DNA of 64,000 bases from Candidatus Latescibacterota bacterium (GTDB lineage: Bacteria > Latescibacterota > UBA2968 > GCA-2709665), in NCBI GenBank assembly GCA_965208835.1, contig OZ242358.1, positions 4,832,001 through 4,896,000 of the forward strand, read 5' to 3'. Both the position numbers and the translations under genes were made by a program. This document shows positions 18,442-28,626 of the stretch, in pieces (the first letter of the stretch is position 1; each line of letters starts with the position of its first letter). The notes beneath the pieces were generated by a model that saw nothing but the letters and a program-made list of their open reading frames with translations, had not been told where the DNA came from and did no database searches.

Positions 18442-20520
18442 TCACACGGTACCCAGGCTCTTCAGGATCTTCGCGAAAACGCCGTCGGTATCCGTCTTCA
18501 ACTCGATCTGGGACAGTCGCTCCAGGATCCGCCCTTGCGGATCCACCAAAAAGTACGCCGGTATCCCGCGAACATTGTAGTCGCTGGCTGGTCCGGAACC
18601 GGAGACCCCGGAGCGCACGTGCACGCCTTCGATCCCGTGTTCCTCGATGGCCTTGCGCCATGCCGCCTCGTTCGAATCCAGTGAAAGGTTGAGGAAAACC
18701 ACCGGTAGATCGGTGGTCTTCTTCTTCAATTTCCGGATGTGCGGCAAGTTGGCGATGCAGGGACCGCACCAACTCGCCCAGAAATCCAGCAGCACCACCT
18801 TTCCCCTGAACTGGCTCAAAGACACGGGTTGTCCGTCCAGGTCCCTCAATGTGAAATCCGGCGCCGGACGGCCCGGCCGCAGCGCCATCGCCTTGTCCAG
18901 AGCCGCCAGTACCGCCGCGTTGTATTCCGGATAGGGGTTGGCCGCCTGGAATTCCCTCCACATACGGTTGACGGCCGCAAAGCTCGCCCCTCCGCGCTGA
19001 AAACCGCTGATCAGCTGTCCGGCCAGAAACCAGTATCGCACCCGCCCCTTCAGTTTCTCCTCGGCCAGATCGAACCTGCGTGGAAGTGCCGGTATCGACC
19101 GTCTCTTGATTGCATAGATCGAGTCGAGCTTCGCCTCCATCGCCTGCGACAAACCCAGGCCAGCGAGATCGAGGATTTGAGACAACCTGAGCGGCTGTCG
19201 ATTTTCGTAAAGTGAATCCAGATAGGCGCCATTCTCAGTGGATAGACCCAATCCCGCCAGATCGACCATATCGGACAACTTGCGTTTCCTTTTGAAGGAG
19301 CGCAACCCTTCCATTCCACTCGCGCCATCCTTCGCCGGTAGCCGGAAAACAAGCGCGCCGCTCGTGGTGTCTATCTCGGGCTCTTGGAGTTTGCTTGACG
19401 TGGTAATTCTGTACGATCCATCACTCTTCGCGTAGAAGGAGTCGATCTCTGCCCGGGCCGGTTCCGACAGGCCCATTTTCTCCAGGTCAAACATCTGAGA
19501 AAGGTTGGGTCTCCCTCTGCTGGCGTACAATGAGTCGAGTCTGGTTTCGACCGCGGCTGACAGACCCAACGTTGACAGGTCGATCATCTTCGACAGGCCG
19601 GGATGCCACCCGAACCGCGCATAGAGTGAATCCAGCACGGTGAGAGTCTCCTTCGACAGTTCCAGGCTTGTAAAATCGTACAAGTCCGACAGCGTTTTCG
19701 ACCTGGGCATCTTCATCATTTCCAGATCCATTGTCCTAACCAGGTAGGTTGCATATGGATCCACACCGATCGCCTTCTCGTCCACCAGCGGGATCTGTCT
19801 AAGGAAGTCATAGAATTCAGGTGGGATATTCTTGTTCTCCCGGCCTGTGGCGCGCCGGTAGTTGGCAGAGTATGAGATCTTCAGGAAAGCGTACGTGTAG
19901 TTGAAATAGCGTTCCACATGTTCGATGAATCCCGGCGAGAACGCGTATCTCGTACGTCGCCGGTCCAGGAATTCAAGCTGGTCCGCGCGCCATCCGTCCG
20001 CCAGGCGAGAAAAGTCTTCCGCCTCCATTTCCCTGGAATCCCTGATTTTACGCTGGAATTCCCCGAACCTGGGGTACCACTCGGCAATAAAGCGGCTGTT
20101 GTCCGCATTCCTGCCGCTGAACCGGTAGGAGGTAGAAAGATGGCCGGGATGGATCCTGATATGCAGGCTGTCGCCGGGCTCGACAAACAGCACCAGCGGA
20201 CTGCGTTTGACGACGTACGACGCGGCCTGCCGGGCCCATTTCCACGGGACGCTTCTGCCCTTGTAGCTTCCCCGTACAAGTGTTCCGCGAACAACTGGAA
20301 TCTCCAGCGCGAAGCGGTTCCGGCTGTCCAGGTCAACGCGCTGTTCGGTCTGTCTCCCCAGCGCCGTCGGCGAGTTGTACCTGAACGTGATTTCCCGTGC
20401 GGTCGGGTTCCGGACTTCACCCGTGACAATCGCGACCGACGACTCGCTGCCTTCCGCCGCCGGACCGGCAGTTGACATTGCGAGTATGGTGACGAGGATA
20501 AGTCTGGATATATTCTCCAT
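18442..20520 (-). CDS. exported TlpA/ResA-family thiol:disulfide oxidoreductase with long N-terminal region
   Basis: Signal peptide; C-term APDFTL..GKVVLLDFWASWCGPC..GIPAYFLVDPQG. Confidence 0.88.
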   Translation of the reverse strand: MENISRLILVTILAMSTAGPAAEGSESSVAIVTGEVRNPTAREITFRYNSPTALGRQTEQRVDLDSRNRFALEIPVVRGTLVRGSYKGRSVPWKWARQAASYVVKRSPLVLFVEPGDSLHIRIHPGHLSTSYRFSGRNADNSRFIAEWYPRFGEFQRKIRDSREMEAEDFSRLADGWRADQLEFLDRRRTRYAFSPGFIEHVERYFNYTYAFLKISYSANYRRATGRENKNIPPEFYDFLRQIPLVDEKAIGVDPYATYLVRTMDLEMMKMPRSKTLSDLYDFTSLELSKETLTVLDSLYARFGWHPGLSKMIDLSTLGLSAAVETRLDSLYASRGRPNLSQMFDLEKMGLSEPARAEIDSFYAKSDGSYRITTSSKLQEPEIDTTSGALVFRLPAKDGASGMEGLRSFKRKRKLSDMVDLAGLGLSTENGAYLDSLYENRQPLRLSQILDLAGLGLSQAMEAKLDSIYAIKRRSIPALPRRFDLAEEKLKGRVRYWFLAGQLISGFQRGGASFAAVNRMWREFQAANPYPEYNAAVLAALDKAMALRPGRPAPDFTLRDLDGQPVSLSQFRGKVVLLDFWASWCGPCIANLPHIRKLKKKTTDLPVVFLNLSLDSNEAAWRKAIEEHGIEGVHVRSGVSGSGPASDYNVRGIPAYFLVDPQGRILERLSQIELKTDTDGVFAKILKSLGTV

Positions 20521-20831
20521 AAAACGATCCCTCTGTTCGGATTCCGTTTTACCGGCAACCTGATGAGAAGCCTTCTACAAAGCTACGATTCCCCACGGAC
20601 GGATTTCCCACATCGTGAGCGCTGGCAATGGACGCTACACCCGAACATCACCTGTGTTCCCAACTCACGGGGCCTGTGGCGATTGGACCTGATTCGACGG
20701 GCATGATTCCGTCACCACCGGCACCCTAAAGATAGCCAATTCGCTTATCTGAAGCGAATGGAAACGTGGAATCGACGGTATCATCACGTCGGGCTATATA
20801 TCGCGGCGGCGTTTGACGGCATGGCCGTGAA

Positions 20832-22904
20832 TTATTCCGTTTTCCTCGGATTCTCAAAGATTGCCAGATTATTCTTGAGTATGGCGTAGATGTGATCGCC
20901 TTTAACAATGAACCTGTCTCGCGCCACGTGATTCGCTACAGTCTCCAGGTTTACCATTTCGAGTCCGCGCAGATACGCGTCATAGCCTTCAAGACCCAGT
21001 TTCTCGTGCGAAGAATAGGTGCCGTAGCTGGTCTTTGCATAGGTCTTGATATCTCCCCCATGCATAGCGTATGCGGAAGCCCCCACGACGGTCATCCGTC
21101 GCGGAAGATGTGTCCAGGGGATGTAATCGACCTCAAGCGGTTTCCGGGGGTCGCTGATGTCCAAGACGGCAATCTCGCGGGGCAGGTGTCGTTCAACATA
21201 GACCCTCTCGTTCCCGACGGCAAGAGGCCCTAACCCGGGCGGTGCTTCGAAATTTGAACTTCTAAACTCACGAGGACCGAGCATCGGAAAATGCGGTGAC
21301 CCAGACTTCCCATCTGATTTTCTCGCCTGCTGTGCGAGAAGCTCTTTGTACGAACTGGAATTGACTATTCCGTGAACTTCGTCCACCAATCTTTCATAGT
21401 TTTTTGAACGTCCGAAACGCCTCACTGGCGTCCGGCTTAAGACCTGGAGCCGTCCGGGATCTGACAGATCAAGCACCACGAAGTCGTGACCAAGCACCAT
21501 AAACGCGTGAGAATCCACAATCCGCATCTCCCATCCGTTATTCCAGAGATGTTCGGTCGTTTGTTCAATTTGTAGTTCTTGAATTCGTCTGGGCGAAGCT
21601 GAATTCCGCACGTCGAAGCTGTGCATTTCCAGGAATTCATCCCTGATAAGTCCGACGTACAGATGATTCTTCCAAATCCCCCACCCCACGAGCCTGGGAA
21701 TGCGACGTAGCCAAGCGGTGGTGCCTTTTTCGACAGGGTACATCAGACTCTTCATCTGTAACCGGGGGCGACTTGGTTGACTGAGGTCAAATGTCATGAC
21801 ACCTACGCTGTCCCGAACCTCGCCCCACACATAGGCACCGGCGCCTGACAACGCCAACCGTTCGAGCCGGCATCCATCCGTTTCCACCCGACCGATCTCG
21901 ACGGGCGCCTCCGGGTCTGTCACGTCCGCCACGCTCAGACCCTGTTCAAGCAACACGACAGCAAGTCCATCTTTCAACGCCATGTCCACCATATTGAGAT
22001 CGTACTTTTGGCTTCCGATCGGCGCAATTGGGGTGCGCCAATTGCGGGAACGGTCGATGTTCAATCCAATGACGACAATCGTACCAATGATTGCGAGGGT
22101 AACAACGGTCCATTGGAATCTTTGGTCCGACCGTGTACGTAACGCTTTGCAAGCCCAAAGCAACGTGCATCCAGTGAGCAGGGCGGTCGCGCCGGTTCTT
22201 ATTAGTAGAAGGGACGTGTCGAACGCCTGTCGGACAATCTCCGCGTCTGTCATTATCTTAAGAAAGAACAACAGTCTAAAATAGAACTTGGCTATCGGCG
22301 GGGCCAGCGTCCAGCATAGGATAAAGAGAACGAACGCGACCCAAACTGCCATCAGGCTCGTCATCGCCGCCTTATAAGGGTGGTCGGCCAGAGTCGATGC
22401 CAACGCCGAAACCCCGTACGCGATCAGATATACCAGAAACCACAATGACAACACCCGTATGTACCCAATTTCCGATAGTATTCCGGCCTCTGGAATAAAC
22501 GTCCGTACTGAGAAATCTGGGTATCGAATCTGACTCTGTAATGACACCCAACCCGCGCTTGTTGCAATCTCAATGAATACGGCACCCCAATACACGGCCA
22601 ACACCAATAGTAATCCAATAGCTCCCACCGCGAATTTTACCGTCATTATCTTCCACGACTCCACGGGTCGGCATAGCAGGTACGACAGCGTCATCCGATT
22701 GCGTTCGCGCGCGACCGCGTCCATCCCGAACAGAACCGCGCCAAAGAGACCTACCAGGTGGCCGAAAATCTGCATTCCGGAGTCGTTATACTCCTCCTTG
22801 CCGGCGCTGACTAACGCCACAATCATCGCCAACCCCGCGCATGCGGCGATTTTGTAGGCGGCCTCGCGTCCTTCTTTCCAGAACAGAGCCAGAGTCGGGT
22901 TCAT
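20832..22904 (-). CDS. ABC-2 type permease fused to a LVIVD-like repeat (beta-propeller) domain
   Basis: ALFWKE, ERNRMTLSYLLCRP..KF; about 6-7 TM segments; repeats VADVTDPEAP, TFDLSQPSRP, VLDLSDPG, VLDISDPRKP. Confidence 0.75.
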   Translation of the reverse strand: MNPTLALFWKEGREAAYKIAACAGLAMIVALVSAGKEEYNDSGMQIFGHLVGLFGAVLFGMDAVARERNRMTLSYLLCRPVESWKIMTVKFAVGAIGLLLVLAVYWGAVFIEIATSAGWVSLQSQIRYPDFSVRTFIPEAGILSEIGYIRVLSLWFLVYLIAYGVSALASTLADHPYKAAMTSLMAVWVAFVLFILCWTLAPPIAKFYFRLLFFLKIMTDAEIVRQAFDTSLLLIRTGATALLTGCTLLWACKALRTRSDQRFQWTVVTLAIIGTIVVIGLNIDRSRNWRTPIAPIGSQKYDLNMVDMALKDGLAVVLLEQGLSVADVTDPEAPVEIGRVETDGCRLERLALSGAGAYVWGEVRDSVGVMTFDLSQPSRPRLQMKSLMYPVEKGTTAWLRRIPRLVGWGIWKNHLYVGLIRDEFLEMHSFDVRNSASPRRIQELQIEQTTEHLWNNGWEMRIVDSHAFMVLGHDFVVLDLSDPGRLQVLSRTPVRRFGRSKNYERLVDEVHGIVNSSSYKELLAQQARKSDGKSGSPHFPMLGPREFRSSNFEAPPGLGPLAVGNERVYVERHLPREIAVLDISDPRKPLEVDYIPWTHLPRRMTVVGASAYAMHGGDIKTYAKTSYGTYSSHEKLGLEGYDAYLRGLEMVNLETVANHVARDRFIVKGDHIYAILKNNLAIFENPRKTE

Positions 22905-23800
22905 AGCTGTCCTCCTGTGTCAGGCCGGACATGAGCGACGAATGCCTCCTCCAGGCCCACGTCCAAGACATCCTCGATTTGCCCGCCCTGCGCCTTGATG
23001 CGCGCGGCCTGCGCCTCGCCATATCCCACCACCGTCAGCTGCCGCCGCGGCCCCTCTCCCTGCACCTGGCGCAGGCCCTCGATATCCGACAGATCATCCG
23101 CGCCATCCCGCATGCGCACAACCACGCGTTTGACCGACCCCTTCACCTCGTCCACGGTGCCGTCGGCCACCAGGCGGCCGTTATCGATGATGGCGACGCG
23201 GTCGGCCACGCGCTCCACCTCGTGGACGAGATGCGAAGACAGGAAGACCGTGCGCCCCTCCTCCTGGATGAGACCGATAATGCTCTCCAGAAAATCGCGG
23301 CGCACCACCACGTCCAGCCCCGAGGCCGGCTCGTCCAGGATCAGCAGCCGGGGCTCGTGGCCTAAAGCCAATGCGAGGGCCAGTTGGGCGTTCATCCCGC
23401 GGGACAGATGCTTGACCTTCTGTTCCGGGTCCAGACCGAACCGGCTGATGAGGGCATCCACCCTTTTCTGATTCCAGGTCTCGTAGAACTGCCCGGTGAA
23501 CCAGACGATTTCACGCACCTTCATCCAGCCGTACATCACACGATTCTCAGCCACGTACCCGACCTGCCGTCTGAGCACCATGGAGTCCGCAGCGGGATTA
23601 AGCCCCAGGACCTCGACCGTCCCGGCTGTAGGCCGCAGCAGGTTCATGAGTATCTGGATCGTGGTGGTCTTGCCGGCGCCGTTGCGGCCAAGGAAGCCGC
23701 ACACGTTGCCCGCGGGCACCTCCAGCCGCAGATCGTCCACGGCAGTGAGTTTGCCGAAGCGATGGGTCAGGTCCTCTGTAGCGATCGCTGTACCGTTCAT
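22901..23800 (-). CDS. ABC transporter ATP-binding protein (YtrB-like)
   Basis: GRNGAGKTT, LSRG, LILDEP, SSH. Confidence 0.95.
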   Translation of the reverse strand: MNGTAIATEDLTHRFGKLTAVDDLRLEVPAGNVCGFLGRNGAGKTTTIQILMNLLRPTAGTVEVLGLNPAADSMVLRRQVGYVAENRVMYGWMKVREIVWFTGQFYETWNQKRVDALISRFGLDPEQKVKHLSRGMNAQLALALALGHEPRLLILDEPASGLDVVVRRDFLESIIGLIQEEGRTVFLSSHLVHEVERVADRVAIIDNGRLVADGTVDEVKGSVKRVVVRMRDGADDLSDIEGLRQVQGEGPRRQLTVVGYGEAQAARIKAQGGQIEDVLDVGLEEAFVAHVRPDTGGQL

Positions 23801-23819
23801 AAAGACTCCTTCCTCACGG

Positions 23820-24218
23820 TCAATCGTCTTCCCCCTGCTGCCGAAACCGGTCGAGGCGTTCCCGGATCACCTGCGCCATCTCCTCCGGGCTCAATTCCAG
23901 CTCCACGCCCTGTACGAGCGCCCTGTCGAGCAGTTCTCTGACAATCTCCAGCTTTTCCTCCCTGGAAATGGTCACATCCCGGTCCGCGACGTACGTGCCC
24001 ATCCCCCGCTTCTTGTAGATGAAGCCCTCTCGCTCCAGCTCCAGATAGGCGCGCACCACGGTATTCGGGTTGATCAGGTACTGGCCGGCGAGTTCCCGCA
24101 CCGAGGGCAGTTCTTCGTGCGGCTTCAGCACACCACGGGCCATCTGGTACCTGATTTGTTCGATCATCTGCAGGTATATGGGTACCCCATTGGCTGAATC
24201 GATGCGCAAGGGCAGCAT
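23820..24218 (-). CDS. GntR family regulator, YtrA subfamily
   Basis: PIYLQ..LPSVRELA..INPNTVVRAYLELE..GMGTYV with short C-terminus; first gene of an ABC operon. Confidence 0.93.
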   Translation of the reverse strand: MLPLRIDSANGVPIYLQMIEQIRYQMARGVLKPHEELPSVRELAGQYLINPNTVVRAYLELEREGFIYKKRGMGTYVADRDVTISREEKLEIVRELLDRALVQGVELELSPEEMAQVIRERLDRFRQQGEDD

Positions 24219-24344
24219 GAAGACGCTCCTGGTCCGTGGCGAAACTGCACGACCGGCGAAGCCAAATCCGGATGCCGGCGGACAGCTACCGGAGGGTGGT
24301 CGGCAAGGGAACTGACATCACGCCCTCGCACGAAGCCTCCGTCG

Positions 24345-24376
24345 TATTACTGTATCGGTTAACCGATACAGTAATA
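24345..24376. promoter_or_regulatory. perfect 32-bp palindromic operator, probably bound by the YtrA-like GntR
   Basis: TATTACTGTATCGGTT|AACCGATACAGTAATA. It abuts a minus-strand promoter TTGCAT-17-TAGTAT (24404..24376). Confidence 0.75.
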
Positions 24377-24455
24377 TACTAGCGAATCGCGTCAGGGAAT
24401 GCAAGCAGTTTTTTTCTGAGAGGAAAATAAAATCTGTCGACAGACGCGGAAGGCA

Positions 24456-24480
24456 GGGCGCCCGCGAGGGACGCCCCTAC
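24456..24480 (-). repeat. GTAG-type REP-like palindrome
   Basis: Minus strand reads GTAG-GGGCGTCC-CTCGC-GGGCGCCC; a second hairpin CAGTACGGTG..CACCGTACTG lies just to the right. Confidence 0.5.
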
Positions 24481-24698
24481 AAAGGATGAAGATTCAATCA
24501 GTACGGTGAAGGCGCACCGTACTGTCGCGCGAATCGACAATTCGCGGCACGGATATGGGGTAATGCGAACCGATCCGGCTTGATCGGCGCCGCGATCCGT
24601 GTTATATAATCACGTCTACACGCCGTGGCGTGGATAGAGATGACAACACAGTCGACCGATTCTCACTGGGGAGCCGGTTCGAACAGGAGCAGGATATC

Positions 24699-25376
24699 TT
24701 GTTGACCTCCGAAGAGTGGACGGTTCTGGCCCTGTCGCTACGCGTGGGGCTGGTTTGCGTCCTGTTGAGCCTGCCGGCCGCGGTGGTTCTGGGATGGGTA
24801 CTCGCCCGGCGCGAATTCAGAGGCAAAGTGCTGCTGGACGGGCTGTGCCACCTGCCCCTGGTGCTGCCTCCCGTCGTGACCGGATACGTGCTTCTGCTGC
24901 TGTTCAGCCGTCGAGGGATTCTGGGCGGTTTTCTGGAGGAGGCCATGGGTATCCAGGTGGCCTTTTCGTGGAAGGGGGCCGCGCTGGCGTCGGCCGTCGT
25001 AGGGTTTCCCCTGGCCCTGCGCGCCGTCCGTCTGGCCATAGAGCACGTGGACCCCCGGCTGGAGCAGGCTGCGCGTACATTGGGTGCCGGCCCGCTCCGG
25101 GTCTTTTATACGGTAACGATGCGGCTGGCCGCGCCGGGATTGCTGGTCGGCGCGCTGCTGGCGTTCGCAAGAAGCCTGGGTGAGTTCGGCGCGACAATCA
25201 CCTTTGTGTCGAACATCGACGGGGAAACCCGTACACTGCCCCTTGCGATCTTCACGTACATCAATCGGCCCGGCGGTGACGCCGCGGTCACCCGCCTGGC
25301 GATATTGTCCGTGATCCTGTCATTTGCGGCGCTGGTGGCCAGCGAGGCGGTGGCCCGGCGCACGAGGAGAAAATGA
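24699..25376 (+). CDS. modB: molybdate ABC transporter permease
   Basis: HLPLVLPPVVTGY, LEQAARTLGA, FARSLGEFGATI, TRTLPLAI. Confidence 0.93.
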   Translation: MLTSEEWTVLALSLRVGLVCVLLSLPAAVVLGWVLARREFRGKVLLDGLCHLPLVLPPVVTGYVLLLLFSRRGILGGFLEEAMGIQVAFSWKGAALASAVVGFPLALRAVRLAIEHVDPRLEQAARTLGAGPLRVFYTVTMRLAAPGLLVGALLAFARSLGEFGATITFVSNIDGETRTLPLAIFTYINRPGGDAAVTRLAILSVILSFAALVASEAVARRTRRK

Positions 25377-25377
25377 C

Positions 25378-26457
25378 GTGCTGTCCATCCGTGTGAAGCG
25401 GGCGCTGTCGGGATTCACCCTCGACGTGGCGGTGGATTGTTCCTACCCCGTGACGGCCATTTTCGGTCCTTCCGGAGCCGGGAAGACCACGCTGCTGAAC
25501 CTCGTGGCGGGTCTGCTGCGGCCGGACGCGGGGGAGATCCGTCTGGGCGACCGCGTGCTTTTTTCCTCCGAAACGGGTGTCAGTCTGCCGCCCGAGGCGC
25601 GCCGGGTGGGGTACGTATTTCAGGAGGACCTGTTGTTTCCCCACCTGACCGTGTTGGAAAACCTGCGGTACGGGTACGATCTCCTGTCTCCCCGGTCGCG
25701 CCGGTTCGACGTGGCGCCGATCGCGGACCTGATGGGATTGATGGGGCTGATGGACCGACGTCCCGCGCGTCTGTCCGGCGGCGAGCGGCAGCGGGTGGCG
25801 CTTGCGCGGGCGATTCTGACATCGCCGGACCTGCTCCTGATGGATGAGCCCCTCGCTTCGCTGGATCAGGAGCTGAAAGATCGCATCATCCCGTACCTGC
25901 GGCATATCAGATCGGACCTGGGCATACCGATCCTCTACGTGAGCCACTCGGTGGCGGAGATCCTGGAGTTGACGGGTCAGGTGATTGTGCTGAAAGGCGG
26001 GCGGGTGCTCGCGCACGGCGACTTCTTTCACGTAGTCCATCATCCCGAGGTGCTGCCGCTGGCCGAGGCGCACGGGTTCGAAAACGTCTTGCCGGTAGAG
26101 GTGGTGGCACAGGGCGGGATCCGAGACGGCTGCCGCGTGCGTTTTGGAGATCAGGACCTGCGGGTGCCCCCGTGCGACAGGCCGGTGGGAAGCCGCATTT
26201 TCATCGGCATCCGGGCAAACGACATCATCCTGAGCAGGAGACGGCCCGAAGGGTTGAGCATTCGCAACGCGATGCGTGGCCGGATCCTTGACATGCAGGA
26301 CGTGGACGGAAAGCAACTGGTCTACGTGGACGTGGGAAAACGCCTTGCCGTGGAGGTAACTCTGGAGGCGCTGGAAGAGTTGGGCCTTGAGGTGGGTGAC
26401 TCCGTGATGTGTCTTGTGAAAGCTCACTCGATCCGGATCGGACCGGACGTGGATTGA
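25378..26457 (+). CDS. modC: molybdate ABC transporter ATP-binding protein
   Basis: GPSGAGKTT, GYVFQE..LFPHLTV, LSGGERQRVA, LMDEP; C-terminal TOBE domains (LSIRN). Confidence 0.92.
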   Translation: MLSIRVKRALSGFTLDVAVDCSYPVTAIFGPSGAGKTTLLNLVAGLLRPDAGEIRLGDRVLFSSETGVSLPPEARRVGYVFQEDLLFPHLTVLENLRYGYDLLSPRSRRFDVAPIADLMGLMGLMDRRPARLSGGERQRVALARAILTSPDLLLMDEPLASLDQELKDRIIPYLRHIRSDLGIPILYVSHSVAEILELTGQVIVLKGGRVLAHGDFFHVVHHPEVLPLAEAHGFENVLPVEVVAQGGIRDGCRVRFGDQDLRVPPCDRPVGSRIFIGIRANDIILSRRRPEGLSIRNAMRGRILDMQDVDGKQLVYVDVGKRLAVEVTLEALEELGLEVGDSVMCLVKAHSIRIGPDVD

Positions 26458-26491
26458 AGGTCGGCGGGCGGGCGGCCGCCGCCCGCGATCT

Positions 26492-27445
26492 TCATTCGCC
26501 CGCTTCCTCATCTTCATAGAACAGCTTGAGCAGCGCAAGGAAGTGCCGGTCCCGCCGGTTTCGTACCCGATCGATGGACTCAGGCGTGTAATGATGAAAA
26601 CCGCGACCGGTTTTTACGCCGTAGTGCCCGTCCTCAACCAGCTTCCGGATGCTGCCCGGGAGTTCGGTGTCGGAACGGATTTCAGGAACCAGAATCCCGT
26701 AGACCAGCGCCGAGACGTCCAGACCCCCGAAGTCCCGAACCGAAAGGGGCCCCGTAGCGGCCAGGCGGAACCCCACGCTGGCTCGAACCGCCCGGTCGAT
26801 GTCCTCGGGCGCGGCCACGCCCCGGTCAAGCAGGTCCCAGACCTCACGCTGCATGGCGACCTGAATTCTGTTGACCAGGAAACCCGGAAGCTCCTTCTTG
26901 AGGCGGACCGGCACCTTGCCGATTTTCTTCAGGACATCTACCGCGGTCTGTGCCGTCCGCTCGGTCGTACGTTCACCGGGCACGACTTCCACGAGCGGTA
27001 CGATATGCGGCGGATTGAACCAGTGGGTCACCACGGCTCGCCCGGGATGCAAAAGGCCCCGGGCAATGTCGGTCATGGGAAAAGACGACGTGTTGCTGGC
27101 CAGTATCGTCTCCCGTGAGACGTTTTTTTCCAGTCCGGCGAAGAGTTCCCGCTTGACGTCGAGGTCCTCTCGAACGGCTTCCGTGACGAATCCGGCGGGT
27201 TCCACGGCTTCGCGTTCGCTGCTGAAAACCATAATGCGACCAAGTGTTTCCCTGGCGGAATCGGGCGTGTCCATCCCCGCCTGAATGCGTTGCCGCAGAT
27301 TCGACTCAATGCGGCCGTAAAGAGAGTCACGGGCCGCAGGGGATTCGTCGTAGCAGCGGACAGGGTGGCCTGCCGCCGCGAATGCCTGCGCGATCCCATG
27401 GCCCATCGTGCCCAGGCCGAGGACGGCAACTGTCTGGAGCGCCAT
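26492..27445 (-). CDS. 3-hydroxyacyl-CoA dehydrogenase family protein
   Basis: GLGTMGHGIA, EAVREDLDVK, SNTSS, HWFNPP, PGFLVNR. Confidence 0.92.
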   Translation of the reverse strand: MALQTVAVLGLGTMGHGIAQAFAAAGHPVRCYDESPAARDSLYGRIESNLRQRIQAGMDTPDSARETLGRIMVFSSEREAVEPAGFVTEAVREDLDVKRELFAGLEKNVSRETILASNTSSFPMTDIARGLLHPGRAVVTHWFNPPHIVPLVEVVPGERTTERTAQTAVDVLKKIGKVPVRLKKELPGFLVNRIQVAMQREVWDLLDRGVAAPEDIDRAVRASVGFRLAATGPLSVRDFGGLDVSALVYGILVPEIRSDTELPGSIRKLVEDGHYGVKTGRGFHHYTPESIDRVRNRRDRHFLALLKLFYEDEEAGE

Positions 27446-27491
27446 TTCAGTAATCCCCGGATTCGCTGCCGGAAGCAGATTCTGGCATGGG

Positions 27492-28232
27492 TTAAAGCGT
27501 CTTACCGCCGTCCACAACCAGGACCTGCCCGGTGACCAGTTCGTTGATGACCAGGCCCAGGATCGCGTTGGCGATATCTTCAGGTTCCGCAACACGCTGG
27601 AGGGGAGTGGCTTCGCGATTTTCGCGAATGAATTCGTCCCATCCCTTCACCCAGCGCGTGTTGACGATGCCGGGGGCCACGGCGTTCACCCGAATGCGGG
27701 GCGCCTGGCTGATGGCCAGGGATCTGGTGAGAGAAATCAACGCCGCCTTGGAGGCGCAATAGGCGATGGAACTCCCCTGCCCGCAGGTGCCGGCGATCGA
27801 AGCCACGTTGACGATCTGCCCCCCCGCTTCGGGCATCTTAGGTATCGCGGCCCTGGCGCAATAGAAGGCGCCCTTGACGTTGACGTCGAAGACCGGGTCC
27901 CAGGCCTCGTCGGTAAGGGCCTCGAGGTCGGCAAGCGGCACGAAGACGGTAGTACCCGCGTTGTTGACCAGGATATCCAGTCGACCCAGTTCCTCACCCA
28001 CGCGGTCCACCATTTCACGGACGGCGCTTTCGTCCGACACGTCTGTGCGGACTGCGATCGAGTTTCTGCCCAGCGCACGAATATCCGCGGCCGTGGCTTC
28101 GGCCTCGGTCCTGGAACGCGAATAGTTGACGGCCACGTCGGCCCCTTCGGAGGCGAGGAGCAGCGATGTCGCTCTGCCGATTCCCGTGCCGCCGCCGGTG
28201 ACAAGCGCAACCCTTCCGTCCATGCGGCCCAT
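27492..28232 (-). CDS. SDR family oxidoreductase
   Basis: TGGGTGIG, NNAG, YCASK, VNAVAPG. Confidence 0.93.
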   Translation of the reverse strand: MGRMDGRVALVTGGGTGIGRATSLLLASEGADVAVNYSRSRTEAEATAADIRALGRNSIAVRTDVSDESAVREMVDRVGEELGRLDILVNNAGTTVFVPLADLEALTDEAWDPVFDVNVKGAFYCARAAIPKMPEAGGQIVNVASIAGTCGQGSSIAYCASKAALISLTRSLAISQAPRIRVNAVAPGIVNTRWVKGWDEFIRENREATPLQRVAEPEDIANAILGLVINELVTGQVLVVDGGKTL

Positions 28233-28285
28233 ATTGAATCCTTTCGATTTGGTTAATATTGGTTGTTCTCAGGGGTTACGAGTCG

Positions 28286-28535
28286 TCAACTTCAATTCGA
28301 AAAAAGACCACGGTCAAATTGGCCACGAAAAACCTGAATGCGGGTAGAGGGTAGAGGGAAGACGGTAGACCAAGAGCGGTGAGACGGGAGCCGGTAGACG
28401 GTAGAAGAAATCCTTGCCCGGTATGTTTTTCCTTCTTGTCTTCGACACGAATAGAATCCTCACGAGGCAGGCAATCTCTCCCCTCTCCCGTCTTACGTCT
28501 CACCCGGTGATAGGGCGGCCGGGGGGAGAGGTCCC
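28286..28535 (+). repeat. dispersed palindromic repeat, copy 2 of 7 (long subtype shared with copy 4)
   Basis: Same core; hairpin variant TGTC-TTC-GACA; about 50 bp extra 5' segment shared with copy 4. Confidence 0.9.
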
Positions 28536-28626
28536 GAAAGCGTCCAGCGATCTGGTGTATTCTGGTAATCCGCCGTCTAATCGCCTTTATTAACTGGCAT
28601 ATATTCGAATTAACGTGCACGAAGAC

